Source: Pseudomonadales bacterium (GTDB lineage Bacteria > Pseudomonadota > Gammaproteobacteria > Pseudomonadales > Azotimanducaceae). From it: a stretch of DNA of 64,000 nucleotides. The position numbers and the translations under genes are program-made. Numbering within the stretch: the first letter of the stretch is position 1; each line of letters opens with the position of its first letter. Where the stretch lies: contig OZ241345.1 of NCBI GenBank assembly GCA_965200175.1, positions 2,575,684 to 2,639,683 on the forward strand. Reading direction: 5' to 3'. This document shows, piece after piece, positions 18,310-28,096 of this stretch. The notes beneath the pieces were generated by a model. That model had not been told where the DNA came from and did no database searches. It saw only the letters and a list, made by a program, of their open reading frames with translations.

Positions 18310-19679
18310 ACGACGGCTTGAACCCGCTGACCGCCATCAGCGCCATCGACGGACGCTACCGCGCCAAGACCGAGGCGCTGGCCCCCATCTTCAGCGAATG
18401 CGCCTTGATTCGCTTCCGCGTTCAGGTCGAGTGCGAGTGGTTCGCCGCCTTGGCGGAACTGCCTGGGGTCGCGGAGCTGCCGCCGCTGGGCGCCGCGGCC
18501 GCCCAGGCCGTGCGGGCCGTGCATGCCGGCTTTTCGCTGGCGGATGCTGAGCGCGTCAAGGCCTTGGAGGCCACCACCAACCACGACGTCAAGGCGGTGG
18601 AGTACTTCGTCAAGGAGCGCATCGGCCGAATCGAGGGGCTGGCGCCGCACACGGAGTTCGTCCACTTCGCCTGCACCTCCGAAGACATCAACAACTTGGC
18701 CCATGCGCTCATGCTGAAGGCCGGACGCGAAGCGCTCGAACCGCAAATGGGAGGCCTGATCGGGGCCATCGACGGACTGGCGCGGCAAGCCGGCGATCTG
18801 CCGATGCTGGCCCGCACCCACGGCCAGCCCGCTTCGCCCACCACCTTGGGCAAGGAGCTGCGGGTGTTCAGCGCCCGGCTTTCCAAGTCGCTTACGGCGT
18901 TAAGCGCATTGCCGCTGACGGGCAAGCTGAACGGCGCGGTCGGCAACTTCAACGCCCACGTCGCCGCCTACCCGAGCATCGACTGGCCCGCCGTCAGCGA
19001 GCGTTTCGTCACCGGGCTGGACTTGGCCCACAATCCCCTGACCACCCAAATCGAGCCGCACGACGACTTGGCGGCGCTGTTCCACGCCTTCATGCGCTTC
19101 AACGCCGTGCTGCTGGACTTGGCCCGCGACCTCTGGGCCTACATCGCCATTGACTACTTTGGGCAACGCCAAGCGGCCAGCGAAACCGGCTCCTCGACCA
19201 TGCCGCACAAGGTCAATCCCATCGACTTCGAGAACGCCGAGGGCAATCTCGGCATCGCCAACGCCCTGTTCGGCCACATGGCGGAGAAGCTGCCGGTGTC
19301 CCGCTGGCAGCGCGACCTGTCCGATTCCACCGTGCTGCGCAACATGGGCGCGGCCTTGGCCCACAGCAGCGTCGCGTACCAGTCAGCGGCCAAGGGCTTG
19401 GCCAAGCTCTCCATCAACCGGGCGCGCATCGAGGCGGACTTGGCCGGCAGCTGGGAGGTGCTGGCCGAGGCCGTCCAAACCCTGATGCGCAAGCACGGCA
19501 TGGCGGAGCCCTATGAGCGGCTCAAGGCGGCCACGCGGGGACGGCGGCTTGACGCCGAGGGGTTCGCCGAGTTGCTGGACGCGCTCGACCTACCCGAGGA
19601 CGCGCGGCGGGCGCTGGCGCAACTGCAGCCGCGCACCTACCTCGGGCTGGCCGCCCAATTGGCCCAATGGCCCGACTGA
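18306..19679 (+). CDS. purB: Adenylosuccinate lyase
   Basis: LNPLTAISAIDGRYR N-terminus and the fumarate-lyase signature SSTMPHKVNP. Confidence 0.9.
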   Translation: MNDGLNPLTAISAIDGRYRAKTEALAPIFSECALIRFRVQVECEWFAALAELPGVAELPPLGAAAAQAVRAVHAGFSLADAERVKALEATTNHDVKAVEYFVKERIGRIEGLAPHTEFVHFACTSEDINNLAHALMLKAGREALEPQMGGLIGAIDGLARQAGDLPMLARTHGQPASPTTLGKELRVFSARLSKSLTALSALPLTGKLNGAVGNFNAHVAAYPSIDWPAVSERFVTGLDLAHNPLTTQIEPHDDLAALFHAFMRFNAVLLDLARDLWAYIAIDYFGQRQAASETGSSTMPHKVNPIDFENAEGNLGIANALFGHMAEKLPVSRWQRDLSDSTVLRNMGAALAHSSVAYQSAAKGLAKLSINRARIEADLAGSWEVLAEAVQTLMRKHGMAEPYERLKAATRGRRLDAEGFAELLDALDLPEDARRALAQLQPRTYLGLAAQLAQWPD

Positions 19680-19752
19680 ACGCGGCTGGCGCAGCTCAGC
19701 CGAAAATCTTTCCCGATCGGAAACTATTAGTATCCACCCATTCCATTTGTTT

Positions 19753-19761
19753 TGGTATAAT
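19753..19761 (+). promoter_or_regulatory. Candidate extended -10 promoter element (TGgTATAAT) for the isocitrate lyase gene
   Basis: TGGTATAAT lies in an AT-rich intergenic stretch about 70 nt upstream of the ATG at 19831. No convincing -35 element. Confidence 0.35.
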
Positions 19762-19830
19762 TTTACGCCCCCATGCCGTTCGGCGCCCCCGAGCCAACGC
19801 CCACTCAGCCGCAACCAACCAGGAGCCAAC

Positions 19831-21444
19831 ATGTCCGCGTATCTTTCCAGCTATCTGCAACAGGTCGAAGACGTCAAGAGGGAAATGATCGGCAAGCCGA
19901 GCTGGCGGGCCATCAATCCTGAGTACGTGGTCCGCATGCGGCTGCAGAACCGCTTCCGCACCGGCCTCGACATCGCCCGCCACACCGCCGCCATCATGCG
20001 GCGGGACATGGCCGAGTACGACAAGGATCCCGGCAGGTACACCCAATCCTTGGGCTGCTGGCACGGCTTCACCGCCCAACAGGTGATGATGTCGATCAAG
20101 AAGCACCGCCAAACCACGGACAAGTCCTACATCTACCTCAGTGGCTGGATGGTGGCGGCGCTGCGCTCGAAGTTCGGCCCGCTGCCCGACCAGAGCATGC
20201 ATGAGAAGACCACGGTGCCGGACTTGATCGAGGAGATCTACACCTTCCTGCGCCAAGCCGATGCCCGGGAGCTGCGGCATCTGTTCACGGCACTCGACGA
20301 GACCCGCGCCCAAGGCGGCAACGTGGCGGAGGCGCTGTCGCGCATCGACCGCTACGAGACCCACGTGGTGCCGATGATCGCCGACATCGACGCCGGCTTC
20401 GGCAACGAGGAGGCCACCTACCTGCTGGCCAAGCGCATGATCGAGGCGGGCGCCTGCGCCATCCAGATCGAAAACCAGGTCTCCGACGCCAAGCAGTGCG
20501 GCCATCAGGCCGGCAAGGTCACCGTGCCCCACGAGGACTTCGTCTCCAAGCTGAACGCGGTGCGCTACGCCTTCCTGGAGCTCGGCGTCGAGGACGGCAT
20601 CATCGTCGCCCGCACCGACTCCCTGGGCGCCGGACTGACGATGAAGATCCCGGTGTCCAAGGAGCCCGGCGACCTCGGCGATCAGTACTGCGGCTTCCTG
20701 GAGGCCACCGAGGTGCATGACCTTGAGGAACTGCGCGACGGCGACGTCACCATCCACCAAAACGGCAAGCTGTGCCGCCCGCTGCGCCTCGACAACGGCC
20801 TCTACGCCTTTCGCGAGGACACCGGCGCCGAACGAGCGGTGCTGGATTGCGTCACCAGCCTGGAGCATGGCGCCGACCTGCTTTGGATCGAAACCGAACG
20901 GCCCAACCTCAAGCAGATCAAGGGGCTGGTGGATGCGGTGCGGGAAAGGGCCCCGCAAGCCAAGCTGGTGTACAACAATTCGCCGTCATTCAACTGGACC
21001 CTGGCGTTCCGCGAGCAGGTCTATGCCGAGTGGCGGGAGGCGGGCAAGGACGTCTCGGCCTATCCCGACCCGGCGGCGGTCGAAAAGGGCCTGATGGCGG
21101 CCGAGCACGACGACACCCCCCTTGCGGCGGCGGCGGACGAGCTCATCGCCCGCTTCCAGCGGGACGCGGCCCGGCAGGCGGGCATCTTCCATCACCTGAT
21201 CACCTTGCCCACCTACCATGAAACCGCGCTGGGCACGGACATGCTGGCGGAGGGCTACTTCGGCGACGCGGGCATGCTGGCCTACGTCAAGGGCGTGCAA
21301 CGCCGTGAGATCCGTCGCGGATTGGCGGCGGTCAAGCATCAGGACTTGGCCGGCTCCAACATTGGCGACGACCACAAGGAGTACTTCCTGGGCGAGAAGG
21401 CCCTGCTGGCCGGCGGCGCGGCGAACACGATGAACCAGTTCTGA
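19831..21444 (+). CDS. aceA: Isocitrate lyase (long, Pseudomonas-type)
   Basis: ATG at 19831. About 537 aa with the catalytic motif KQCGHQAGK and ICL/PEP-mutase family features. Confidence 0.85.
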   Translation: MSAYLSSYLQQVEDVKREMIGKPSWRAINPEYVVRMRLQNRFRTGLDIARHTAAIMRRDMAEYDKDPGRYTQSLGCWHGFTAQQVMMSIKKHRQTTDKSYIYLSGWMVAALRSKFGPLPDQSMHEKTTVPDLIEEIYTFLRQADARELRHLFTALDETRAQGGNVAEALSRIDRYETHVVPMIADIDAGFGNEEATYLLAKRMIEAGACAIQIENQVSDAKQCGHQAGKVTVPHEDFVSKLNAVRYAFLELGVEDGIIVARTDSLGAGLTMKIPVSKEPGDLGDQYCGFLEATEVHDLEELRDGDVTIHQNGKLCRPLRLDNGLYAFREDTGAERAVLDCVTSLEHGADLLWIETERPNLKQIKGLVDAVRERAPQAKLVYNNSPSFNWTLAFREQVYAEWREAGKDVSAYPDPAAVEKGLMAAEHDDTPLAAAADELIARFQRDAARQAGIFHHLITLPTYHETALGTDMLAEGYFGDAGMLAYVKGVQRREIRRGLAAVKHQDLAGSNIGDDHKEYFLGEKALLAGGAANTMNQF

Positions 21445-21676
21445 CTTGGAGCAAACCTTGGCAACCATGGACCGGCGCCAAGGTGGGTCTTGGCCTGCTG
21501 AGCGGCTGACCCGAACAACTGGTTGAGCCATCAGGCGGGCCGATTTCCCACGGGGATTGGAGAGATTGCCCGTATCGCCCGATCTCGCTGGCCTGTAGCC
21601 TCCAACCTAAAGGAAGCGGCTGTGGGCGCCTCAGTCCCAACCGCGATGACGGGATTGGACGTGATAGGATGAGGAC

Positions 21677-22033
21677 ATGTCAAAGGACGCCTTGACCATC
21701 GGGGGAATGCTGCTCACTGGCATCATCGGGCTGGCCGGGCTGATGCTCCACCAGAGCGGGAACATATCCAAACTGCGCACCGAGATGCGCGAGGACATCG
21801 GCGAACTGCGCACCGAAGTGCGGAAGGACATCGAAGGGCTGCACACTGAAGTGAGCCAGGAGATCGGCGAACTGCGTTTGGAAATGCGGGCCGAGCTGGC
21901 GGAATTGCGCACCGAGAGCCGGGCTCAGTCAGGACAAATCAAGGAACTCCAGCAGCGGGTTGCGCGCGTCGAAGGCCTGCTGGAGGGACTTCGGCCCAAT
22001 CTGGCTTCCACCGCATCGCCCGAACAGCGGTGA
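21677..22033 (+). CDS. Small membrane-anchored protein with five or six 11-residue (hendecad) repeats
   Basis: N-terminal TM segment LTIGGMLLTGIIGLAGLMLH. Then ISKLRTEMRED/IGELRTEVRKD/IEGLHTEVSQE/IGELRLEMRAE/LAELRTESRAQ. Confidence 0.6.
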   Translation: MSKDALTIGGMLLTGIIGLAGLMLHQSGNISKLRTEMREDIGELRTEVRKDIEGLHTEVSQEIGELRLEMRAELAELRTESRAQSGQIKELQQRVARVEGLLEGLRPNLASTASPEQR

Positions 22034-23661
22034 CTGAGACCCACTCACAAACCGAACGCTTCTTCAACACATCCGGGCCGGTGGTGCCGGCGGACCACTA
22101 CTGCATCCCGCCGCTTGAGCGCCTTGAACTCGACGAGGTGCTGCGGCTGATCCGGCACAAGCGCTACTTCGTGCTGCACGCGCCGCGTCAGACCGGCAAG
22201 ACCTCGTCGCTGCTGGCGCTGCGTGACCTGCTCAACGAGGGCGGCGAACACCGCTGCCTGTATGCCAACGTGGAGACCGGGCAGGCCGCCCGCGGTGACG
22301 TGGCCAGCGGGATGCAGGCAATTCTCGCCGAACTGAGCATCCGCGCGCGCACCACCTTTCCCAACAGCGGCTTGGCGGACGCCTTGGAGGGCACGCTGGA
22401 GACCGCCGGGCCCTTGAGCGCCTTGCGCGAGACCTTGGTGCGCTGGTCCACTGCGGACGCCAAGCCGCTGGTGCTGCTGATCGACGAAATCGACGCGCTG
22501 GTGGGCGACACGCTGATCTCGGTGCTGCGCCAGCTGCGCGCAGGGTACGACATGCGTCCGGCCGCTTTCCCGCAGAGCGTCATCCTGTGCGGCATCCGGG
22601 ACGTGCGCGACTACCGCATCCATTCTGAGACGGGGGGCGACATCATCACTGGCGGCAGCGCCTTCAACATCAAGGCCGAGTCGCTAAGGTTGAGCGACTT
22701 GGAAGAGGCCAAGGTGCGCGCCTTGCTCCGCCAGCACACAGCACAGACCGGGCAAGCCTTCACGGAAGACGCCCTAGCGGCGGTGTGGGAACAGTCCCAG
22801 GGCCAGCCGTGGCTGGTCAACGCGCTGGCGAACCAAGTGTGCTTCGAGAACAAGGCCAACCGGGACCGCTCTCGGACGATCGACGCAGAGGCGGTCATGG
22901 AGGCGAGCGAGGCGCTGATCCTAGGCCGACAAACGCACCTGCACCAGTTGGCCGACAAACTCCGCGAGGAGCGGGTGCGGCGGGTGGTCGAGCCGGTGCT
23001 GAGCGGCAGCGCCAACGGGGAGGCCCACACGAGCCCCGACGACGTGGAGTACGTCCGCGACCTGGGCCTGCTGGCGCAGCGCGGCCCGCGCCGGATCGCC
23101 AACCCGATCTATCGGGAGGTCATTCCGCGGGAGCTCATGTACGCCAGCGCCGACCTGATCCTCCAAGAGACCGAGTGGTACGTGAAGGCGGACGGCGACC
23201 TCGACGTGGAGGGCCTGCTGGAGGCCTTCCAAGGATTCTTCCGGGAGCACTCGGAGCACTGGATCGAGCGCTTCCAATACAAGGAGGCGGGGCCGCAACT
23301 GCTGCTGCAGGCGTTCCTGCAGCGGGTGGTGAATGGCGGCGGGCGCATCAAGCGCGAATACGCCTTGGGCAGCCGGCGCACGGACCTGCTGATCCTGTGG
23401 CCACCCGGCCGCTTCGCCGGAAGGAGCGATCCGGGAACGCCAGCCCGGCGTTACGTGGTGGAGTGCAAGATCCTGCGCGGCAGCCTGGAGGCAACAGTCC
23501 GGGAGGGCCTGGAGCAAACCCTGGCCTACATGGACCGGTGCCAAGGCGAGTCCGGCCACTTGGTGATCTTCGACCGCGATGCAGCAAAGCCTTGGGAGGA
23601 GAAGCTCTACCAACGTGAGGAATCCCTCAATGGCAGGCCGGTGACCGTTTGGGGCGCTTGA
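22030..23661 (+). CDS. Predicted AAA-ATPase with a C-terminal PD-(D/E)XK nuclease-like domain
   Basis: N-terminus FFNTSGPVVPADHYCIPPLER, Walker A APRQTGKTS, Walker B LLIDEID. C-terminal RRTDLLI...YVVECKI motif. The GTG overlaps the upstream stop (GTGA). Confidence 0.7.
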   Translation: MTETHSQTERFFNTSGPVVPADHYCIPPLERLELDEVLRLIRHKRYFVLHAPRQTGKTSSLLALRDLLNEGGEHRCLYANVETGQAARGDVASGMQAILAELSIRARTTFPNSGLADALEGTLETAGPLSALRETLVRWSTADAKPLVLLIDEIDALVGDTLISVLRQLRAGYDMRPAAFPQSVILCGIRDVRDYRIHSETGGDIITGGSAFNIKAESLRLSDLEEAKVRALLRQHTAQTGQAFTEDALAAVWEQSQGQPWLVNALANQVCFENKANRDRSRTIDAEAVMEASEALILGRQTHLHQLADKLREERVRRVVEPVLSGSANGEAHTSPDDVEYVRDLGLLAQRGPRRIANPIYREVIPRELMYASADLILQETEWYVKADGDLDVEGLLEAFQGFFREHSEHWIERFQYKEAGPQLLLQAFLQRVVNGGGRIKREYALGSRRTDLLILWPPGRFAGRSDPGTPARRYVVECKILRGSLEATVREGLEQTLAYMDRCQGESGHLVIFDRDAAKPWEEKLYQREESLNGRPVTVWGA

Positions 23662-23739
23662 GAGGCTCTTTCAGCTTTCCTCCAGCGGCCTTTAAACGTA
23701 GTCTATCCGCCAAGCAGCGCTTGAAACGGAGCAACGCCA

Positions 23740-24216
23740 ATGGGACGAATCGAAAGTCGGCTTGACGAACTCGGCATCGTGCTACCCAAGCCCATGGACT
23801 TGGGTCCGCTGCCCTTTGAGCTGGTGCGCATCCACGGCCAGCGCGCCATCCTCTCCGGCCACTTGCCGTTGGACGCCGAGGGCGCCCTTGCCCAACCGCT
23901 CGGTAAGGTGGGCGCCGAGGTCAGCGCCGAGCAGGGCTACCAAGCGGCGCGGCTGGTCGGCTGCGCGCTGCTGGCCAGCCTCAAGCAGGCGCTCGGCGAC
24001 CTCGACCGGGTGGCCGGCTGGGTGCGGCTGTTCGGCATGGTCAACGCAGCGCCGGGCTTCAACCGGCTGCCGGCCGTCATCAACGGCTGCTCGGAACTGA
24101 TTCTCCAAGTCTTCGGCCCCGAGGCGGGCGCCCATGCCCGTTCGGCGGTCGGCTTGGCGGAACTGCCCTTCGGCGCCCCGGTGGAGCTGGAGGGCGAGGT
24201 GCTGATCCAACCATGA
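23740..24216 (+). CDS. RidA/YjgF/L-PSP family protein
   Basis: 158 aa with a YjgF-like pattern (GHLPLD...GKVG...ARLVG...VNAAPGF...ARSAVGLAELP). Confidence 0.7.
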   Translation: MGRIESRLDELGIVLPKPMDLGPLPFELVRIHGQRAILSGHLPLDAEGALAQPLGKVGAEVSAEQGYQAARLVGCALLASLKQALGDLDRVAGWVRLFGMVNAAPGFNRLPAVINGCSELILQVFGPEAGAHARSAVGLAELPFGAPVELEGEVLIQP

Positions 24217-25547
24217 GCGCAGTCGGCAACAGGCAACGCATCGTCAACGCCCGCATCGTCAACGAAGGCGCGGTCATCGAAGGCGACCTGCTGATGGAGG
24301 ACGGACGCATCGCCGCAATCGGCAGGGTGCCGGACGGGCCCGACGACGTCACGGACGCCCAAGGCGCTTGGCTGCTGCCGGGCATGATCGACGATCAAGT
24401 CCACTTCCGGGAGCCGGGCTTCACCCACAAGGGCAACATCGCCAGTGAGTCGGCGGCGGCGGTTGCCGGAGGCATCACCAGCTACATGGAGATGCCGAAC
24501 TGCAACCCGCTGACCATCGACCAAGCCCGCCTCAACGAAAAACGCGAGCGCGCCGCTGGCTGCTCCCATGCCAACTACGCCTTCTACCTCGGCGCGACGA
24601 ACGACAACCTGGAGCAAATCAAGTCCGTCGATCCCGCCAGCGCCTGCGGCGTCAAGGTCTTCATGGGGGCCAGCACCGGCGACATGCTGGTGGACGATCC
24701 GAAGACCTTGGAGGGCATCTTCGCCGCAACGCCGCTGCTGATCGCCACCCACTGCGAGGACACCCCCACCATTGTCGCCAACGAAGCCGCAGCCTTGGCC
24801 CGCTACGGCGAGGACATACCCATCGCGGAACATCCGCGCATCCGCTCCGAGGAGGCCTGCTACAGGTCATCGGAACTGGCCGTTCAACTGGCGAAGCGCC
24901 ACGGCTCCAAGCTGCACGTGCTGCACCTGACCACGGCGCGGGAACTGGCGCACTTCGCAACCGGCGACCTGGCCGGCAAGCGCATCACCGCCGAAGCCTG
25001 CGTACACCACCTGTTCTTCGACGAGAGCTGGTACGCCGAGAAAGGCAACGACATCAAGTGCAACCCGGCAATCAAGCGCGCCGAGGACCGGGAGGCGCTG
25101 CTGGCAGCGGTGAACGACGGGCGCATCGACGTGATCGCCACCGACCACGCGCCCCACACCCGGGAGGAGAAGTCGCGCCCCTACCGGCAAGCGCCCGCCG
25201 GGCTGCCGTTGGTCCAGCACGCGCTGTTGAGCCTGTTCGAGCATTGTCGCCGCGGCCTGCTCGATGCGACCACCATCGCCCGGAAGACCGCCCATGCGCC
25301 GGCCGAGCTGTTCGGCGTCCGCGAGCGCGGGTTCATCCGCGAGGGCTACCACGCCGACCTCGTGCTGGTCGCGGAAGGCCGCACCGACGGCGGCGCCAAC
25401 CTATTCGCTAAGTGCGGCTGGAGCCCCTTTGCCGGCATTGAGTTCGGCCACCGCATCGAGGCCACCTGGGTCAACGGCGTGCAGCGATTCGGCAACGGCC
25501 AGTTGTTGGACGGCCCGTTCGGCCAACCGCTTGAGTTCATCCGCTAA
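24213..25547 (+). CDS. Cyclic amidohydrolase, dihydroorotase-like
   Basis: LLPGMIDDQVHFREPG metal-binding motif, DHAPH motif and an amidohydrolase fold. Confidence 0.75.
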   Translation: MSAVGNRQRIVNARIVNEGAVIEGDLLMEDGRIAAIGRVPDGPDDVTDAQGAWLLPGMIDDQVHFREPGFTHKGNIASESAAAVAGGITSYMEMPNCNPLTIDQARLNEKRERAAGCSHANYAFYLGATNDNLEQIKSVDPASACGVKVFMGASTGDMLVDDPKTLEGIFAATPLLIATHCEDTPTIVANEAAALARYGEDIPIAEHPRIRSEEACYRSSELAVQLAKRHGSKLHVLHLTTARELAHFATGDLAGKRITAEACVHHLFFDESWYAEKGNDIKCNPAIKRAEDREALLAAVNDGRIDVIATDHAPHTREEKSRPYRQAPAGLPLVQHALLSLFEHCRRGLLDATTIARKTAHAPAELFGVRERGFIREGYHADLVLVAEGRTDGGANLFAKCGWSPFAGIEFGHRIEATWVNGVQRFGNGQLLDGPFGQPLEFIR

Positions 25548-25634
25548 TGCGCCATCCCAAAAGAAGACTCGGGATGCGCCGGCCCGCAACCTGCTGCGAC
25601 CAGACTGACTGAAGCGGGGCGAGGGACCATCCCA

Positions 25635-27158
25635 ATGGGCTGCTTTCCGCGTCTCGCCCCTGCCCGATTGGCGACCGCCGCAGCAGTGCTGTGGCTGCTT
25701 GCGGGCTGCGGGGAATCGGCGCGAAAGGCGCCGCCCCCGAGCGCCGATCCGTTGCCGGGCCTTGGCCACCTCCGCCTGATCACCGAGCCGCACACCGACG
25801 ACTTCGACGGCATGGCGCAGCGCCGGACCATCCGCGCCCTGGTGGTGCGCAGCAAGACCTTCTACTTCTTCGACGGCGCCGCCAAGCGGGGCCTTTCCTA
25901 CGAGCGGCTCAAGGCCTTTGAAGCCTACGTGAACGAGCGGCGCGAAACCGGTTCGCTCGGGATCAACGTGATCTTCCTGCCGGTCACCCGCGACCAGCTC
26001 ATCCCGGCGCTGCTCGCTGGCTACGGCGACTTGGCGGTGGCCAACCTGACCATCACTCCGGAGCGCCAGGCGCAAGTCGATTTCTCCATTCCGGTGCAGC
26101 GGGAGGTGCGTGAGATCCTGGTGACCGGCCCCGCCAGCGAACCCGTCGCCGCCATCGAGGACCTGTCCGGCCAGACCCTGCACACCCGTCGTTCAAGCAG
26201 CTACCACGAAAGCCTGATGGCGCTCAACGAGCGCTTTGCGGCCAGCGGACTGCCACCGGTGGACATCGTTCCCGTGGCGGAGCACCTGGAGGATGAGGAG
26301 CTGCTCGAAATGGTCAATGCCAGCCTGATCCCGCGCATCGTGATCGACTCGCACAAGGCGGCGTTCTGGATGCGGATATTCGATTCGATCGAAGTCCGTC
26401 CCGACATCGTGCTGCGCGACCAAGCTGACATCGCTTGGGCGTTCCGGCCTGCAAGCCCCCAGCTCAAGGCGATGGTCGATGGCTTTCTCATGAACGTGCG
26501 GGAGGGCTCGCTGACCGGCAACGTGCTTCTGCAGCGCTACCTCAAGGAGACGCGCTATGTGGAGAACGCCCTGAACTCCGCGGCCATGCGCAAGTTCGAC
26601 GAGACCGCCCACCTGTTTCAGGAATACGGAGACCGCTATGACTTCGACTGGCTGATGGTCCTGTCCCAAGCCTACCAGGAGTCCCGCCTCGACCAGAGCG
26701 CGCGCAGCCATGCCGGGGCCATCGGCGTGATGCAGGTGCTGCCGAGCACCGCAGCGGACAAGAACGTCAACGTCGGCGACATCACCGAACTGGACAACAA
26801 CATCCACGCAGGCAACAAGTACCTGCGCTTCCTCCGCGACCGCTACTTCGACTCCGAACCCATGGACGAACTCAACAAGACCCTGTTCGCCTTCGCCTCC
26901 TACAACGCCGGCCCGGCCCGCATCAGTCGGTTGCGCTCCGAGGCGGAGCAGCAGGGCCTCGACCCCAACCTGTGGTTCGACAACGTGGAGGCCGTGGCGG
27001 CGCAGCGCATCGGCCGCGAGACGGTGGACTACGTCAGCAACATCTACAAATACTGGATCGCCTACCGCCTAAACCGCGACCAACTCACCCAGAGGGCAGG
27101 TAGTCAGCCGCCAGCCGCCCGATTTCCTGAAAGAACTGATCGCGCACTTCGGCGATGA
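25635..27158 (+). CDS. mltF: Membrane-bound lytic murein transglycosylase F
   Basis: Lipobox LLAGC. N-terminal solute-binding-like domain and a C-terminal SLT domain (ESRLDQSARSHAGAIGVMQV...YNAGP). Confidence 0.85.
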   Translation: MGCFPRLAPARLATAAAVLWLLAGCGESARKAPPPSADPLPGLGHLRLITEPHTDDFDGMAQRRTIRALVVRSKTFYFFDGAAKRGLSYERLKAFEAYVNERRETGSLGINVIFLPVTRDQLIPALLAGYGDLAVANLTITPERQAQVDFSIPVQREVREILVTGPASEPVAAIEDLSGQTLHTRRSSSYHESLMALNERFAASGLPPVDIVPVAEHLEDEELLEMVNASLIPRIVIDSHKAAFWMRIFDSIEVRPDIVLRDQADIAWAFRPASPQLKAMVDGFLMNVREGSLTGNVLLQRYLKETRYVENALNSAAMRKFDETAHLFQEYGDRYDFDWLMVLSQAYQESRLDQSARSHAGAIGVMQVLPSTAADKNVNVGDITELDNNIHAGNKYLRFLRDRYFDSEPMDELNKTLFAFASYNAGPARISRLRSEAEQQGLDPNLWFDNVEAVAAQRIGRETVDYVSNIYKYWIAYRLNRDQLTQRAGSQPPAARFPERTDRALRR

Positions 27159-28062
27159 TCTCGGCGACCGGGCGGACGGCGTCTATGCGCCCGCAGACTT
27201 GTCCGCTCAGCGCGATGCTGGCTTCCATGTCGCCGCCGAAGTAGAGGTCCAGGGCGGTGCCGAACTCGGTCATGGCGTTGGTTTCGGTGTCGTACTCCAA
27301 GCGGCTGGTCTTCTCGGTGCGCAGGGCGCGCAAGGCCGGCGAGGCATGGCGGTTGAGGAAGACGGTGTCGGTTTCCTTGGCTTGGACCACGGCATTCTTC
27401 CAGTTCTCATGGACCGGCGACTCCGCCGCCGAGACCATGCGGGTGCCCATCTGCACCCCCTCCGCGCCCAAGGCGAAGGCGGCGGCCATGGAGCGGCCAT
27501 CGACAAAGCCGCCGGCGGCGATGATGGGCACATCCACTTGGGAGCGCACCAAGGGCAGCAGCACCATGCTGGCCACCTCCCGGGGGTTCTTGAAGCCGCC
27601 GCCCTCGCCGCCCTCCACCACCAAGCCATCGACGCCGCAGGCCACCGCCTTCTTGGCCGCGCCAAGGCTGGGCACCACATGGAAGACGGTCAGGCCTGCG
27701 CTCTTCAACTCCTCCGTGTAGCGCTCCGGGTTGCCGGCTGAGGTGGTGACGAACTGCACGCCCTGGTCGATGACGAAGCGGACGATGTTCGGATCGCGCA
27801 CGAAGGCTTGGGCGATGTTGACGCCAAAGGGCTTGTCGGTGAGTTGGCGCATCTTGCGTATTTCGCCGCGCACGGCATCGAGTTCCCCCGAAGAGGTCTC
27901 GATGATGCCGAGCGCCCCGGCGTTGGAGACCGCCGAGGCGAGCGCCGAACGGGCGATCCAGCCCATGGGCGCCTGCACGATGGGAATCTCCACGCCCAGC
28001 AGGCGGGTGACGCGATTGTCGAAGGCAGCGGCGTCGTGGGACGCGGAAGGAGCGCTTTGCAT
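27085..28062 (-). CDS. NAD(P)H-dependent flavin oxidoreductase / nitronate monooxygenase family
   Basis: IVQAPMGWIA, GGEGGGF and IIAAGGFVDGR motifs of the NMO/FabK-like TIM barrel. Confidence 0.85.
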   Translation of the reverse strand: MQSAPSASHDAAAFDNRVTRLLGVEIPIVQAPMGWIARSALASAVSNAGALGIIETSSGELDAVRGEIRKMRQLTDKPFGVNIAQAFVRDPNIVRFVIDQGVQFVTTSAGNPERYTEELKSAGLTVFHVVPSLGAAKKAVACGVDGLVVEGGEGGGFKNPREVASMVLLPLVRSQVDVPIIAAGGFVDGRSMAAAFALGAEGVQMGTRMVSAAESPVHENWKNAVVQAKETDTVFLNRHASPALRALRTEKTSRLEYDTETNAMTEFGTALDLYFGGDMEASIALSGQVCGRIDAVRPVAEIIAEVRDQFFQEIGRLAADYLPSG

Positions 28063-28096
28063 GGCCGAAGGGTCTCCAAGCGTTGGTGGCGAACTG

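Noticed and set aside
27085-27158. 74-bp convergent overlap of the mltF and NMO-family genes as a possible antisense regulatory arrangement
   Set aside because: The mltF tail here (…QRAGSQPPAARFPERTDRALRR) looks like unconstrained read-through after the SLT domain. The overlap most likely reflects a late stop rather than a functional feature.
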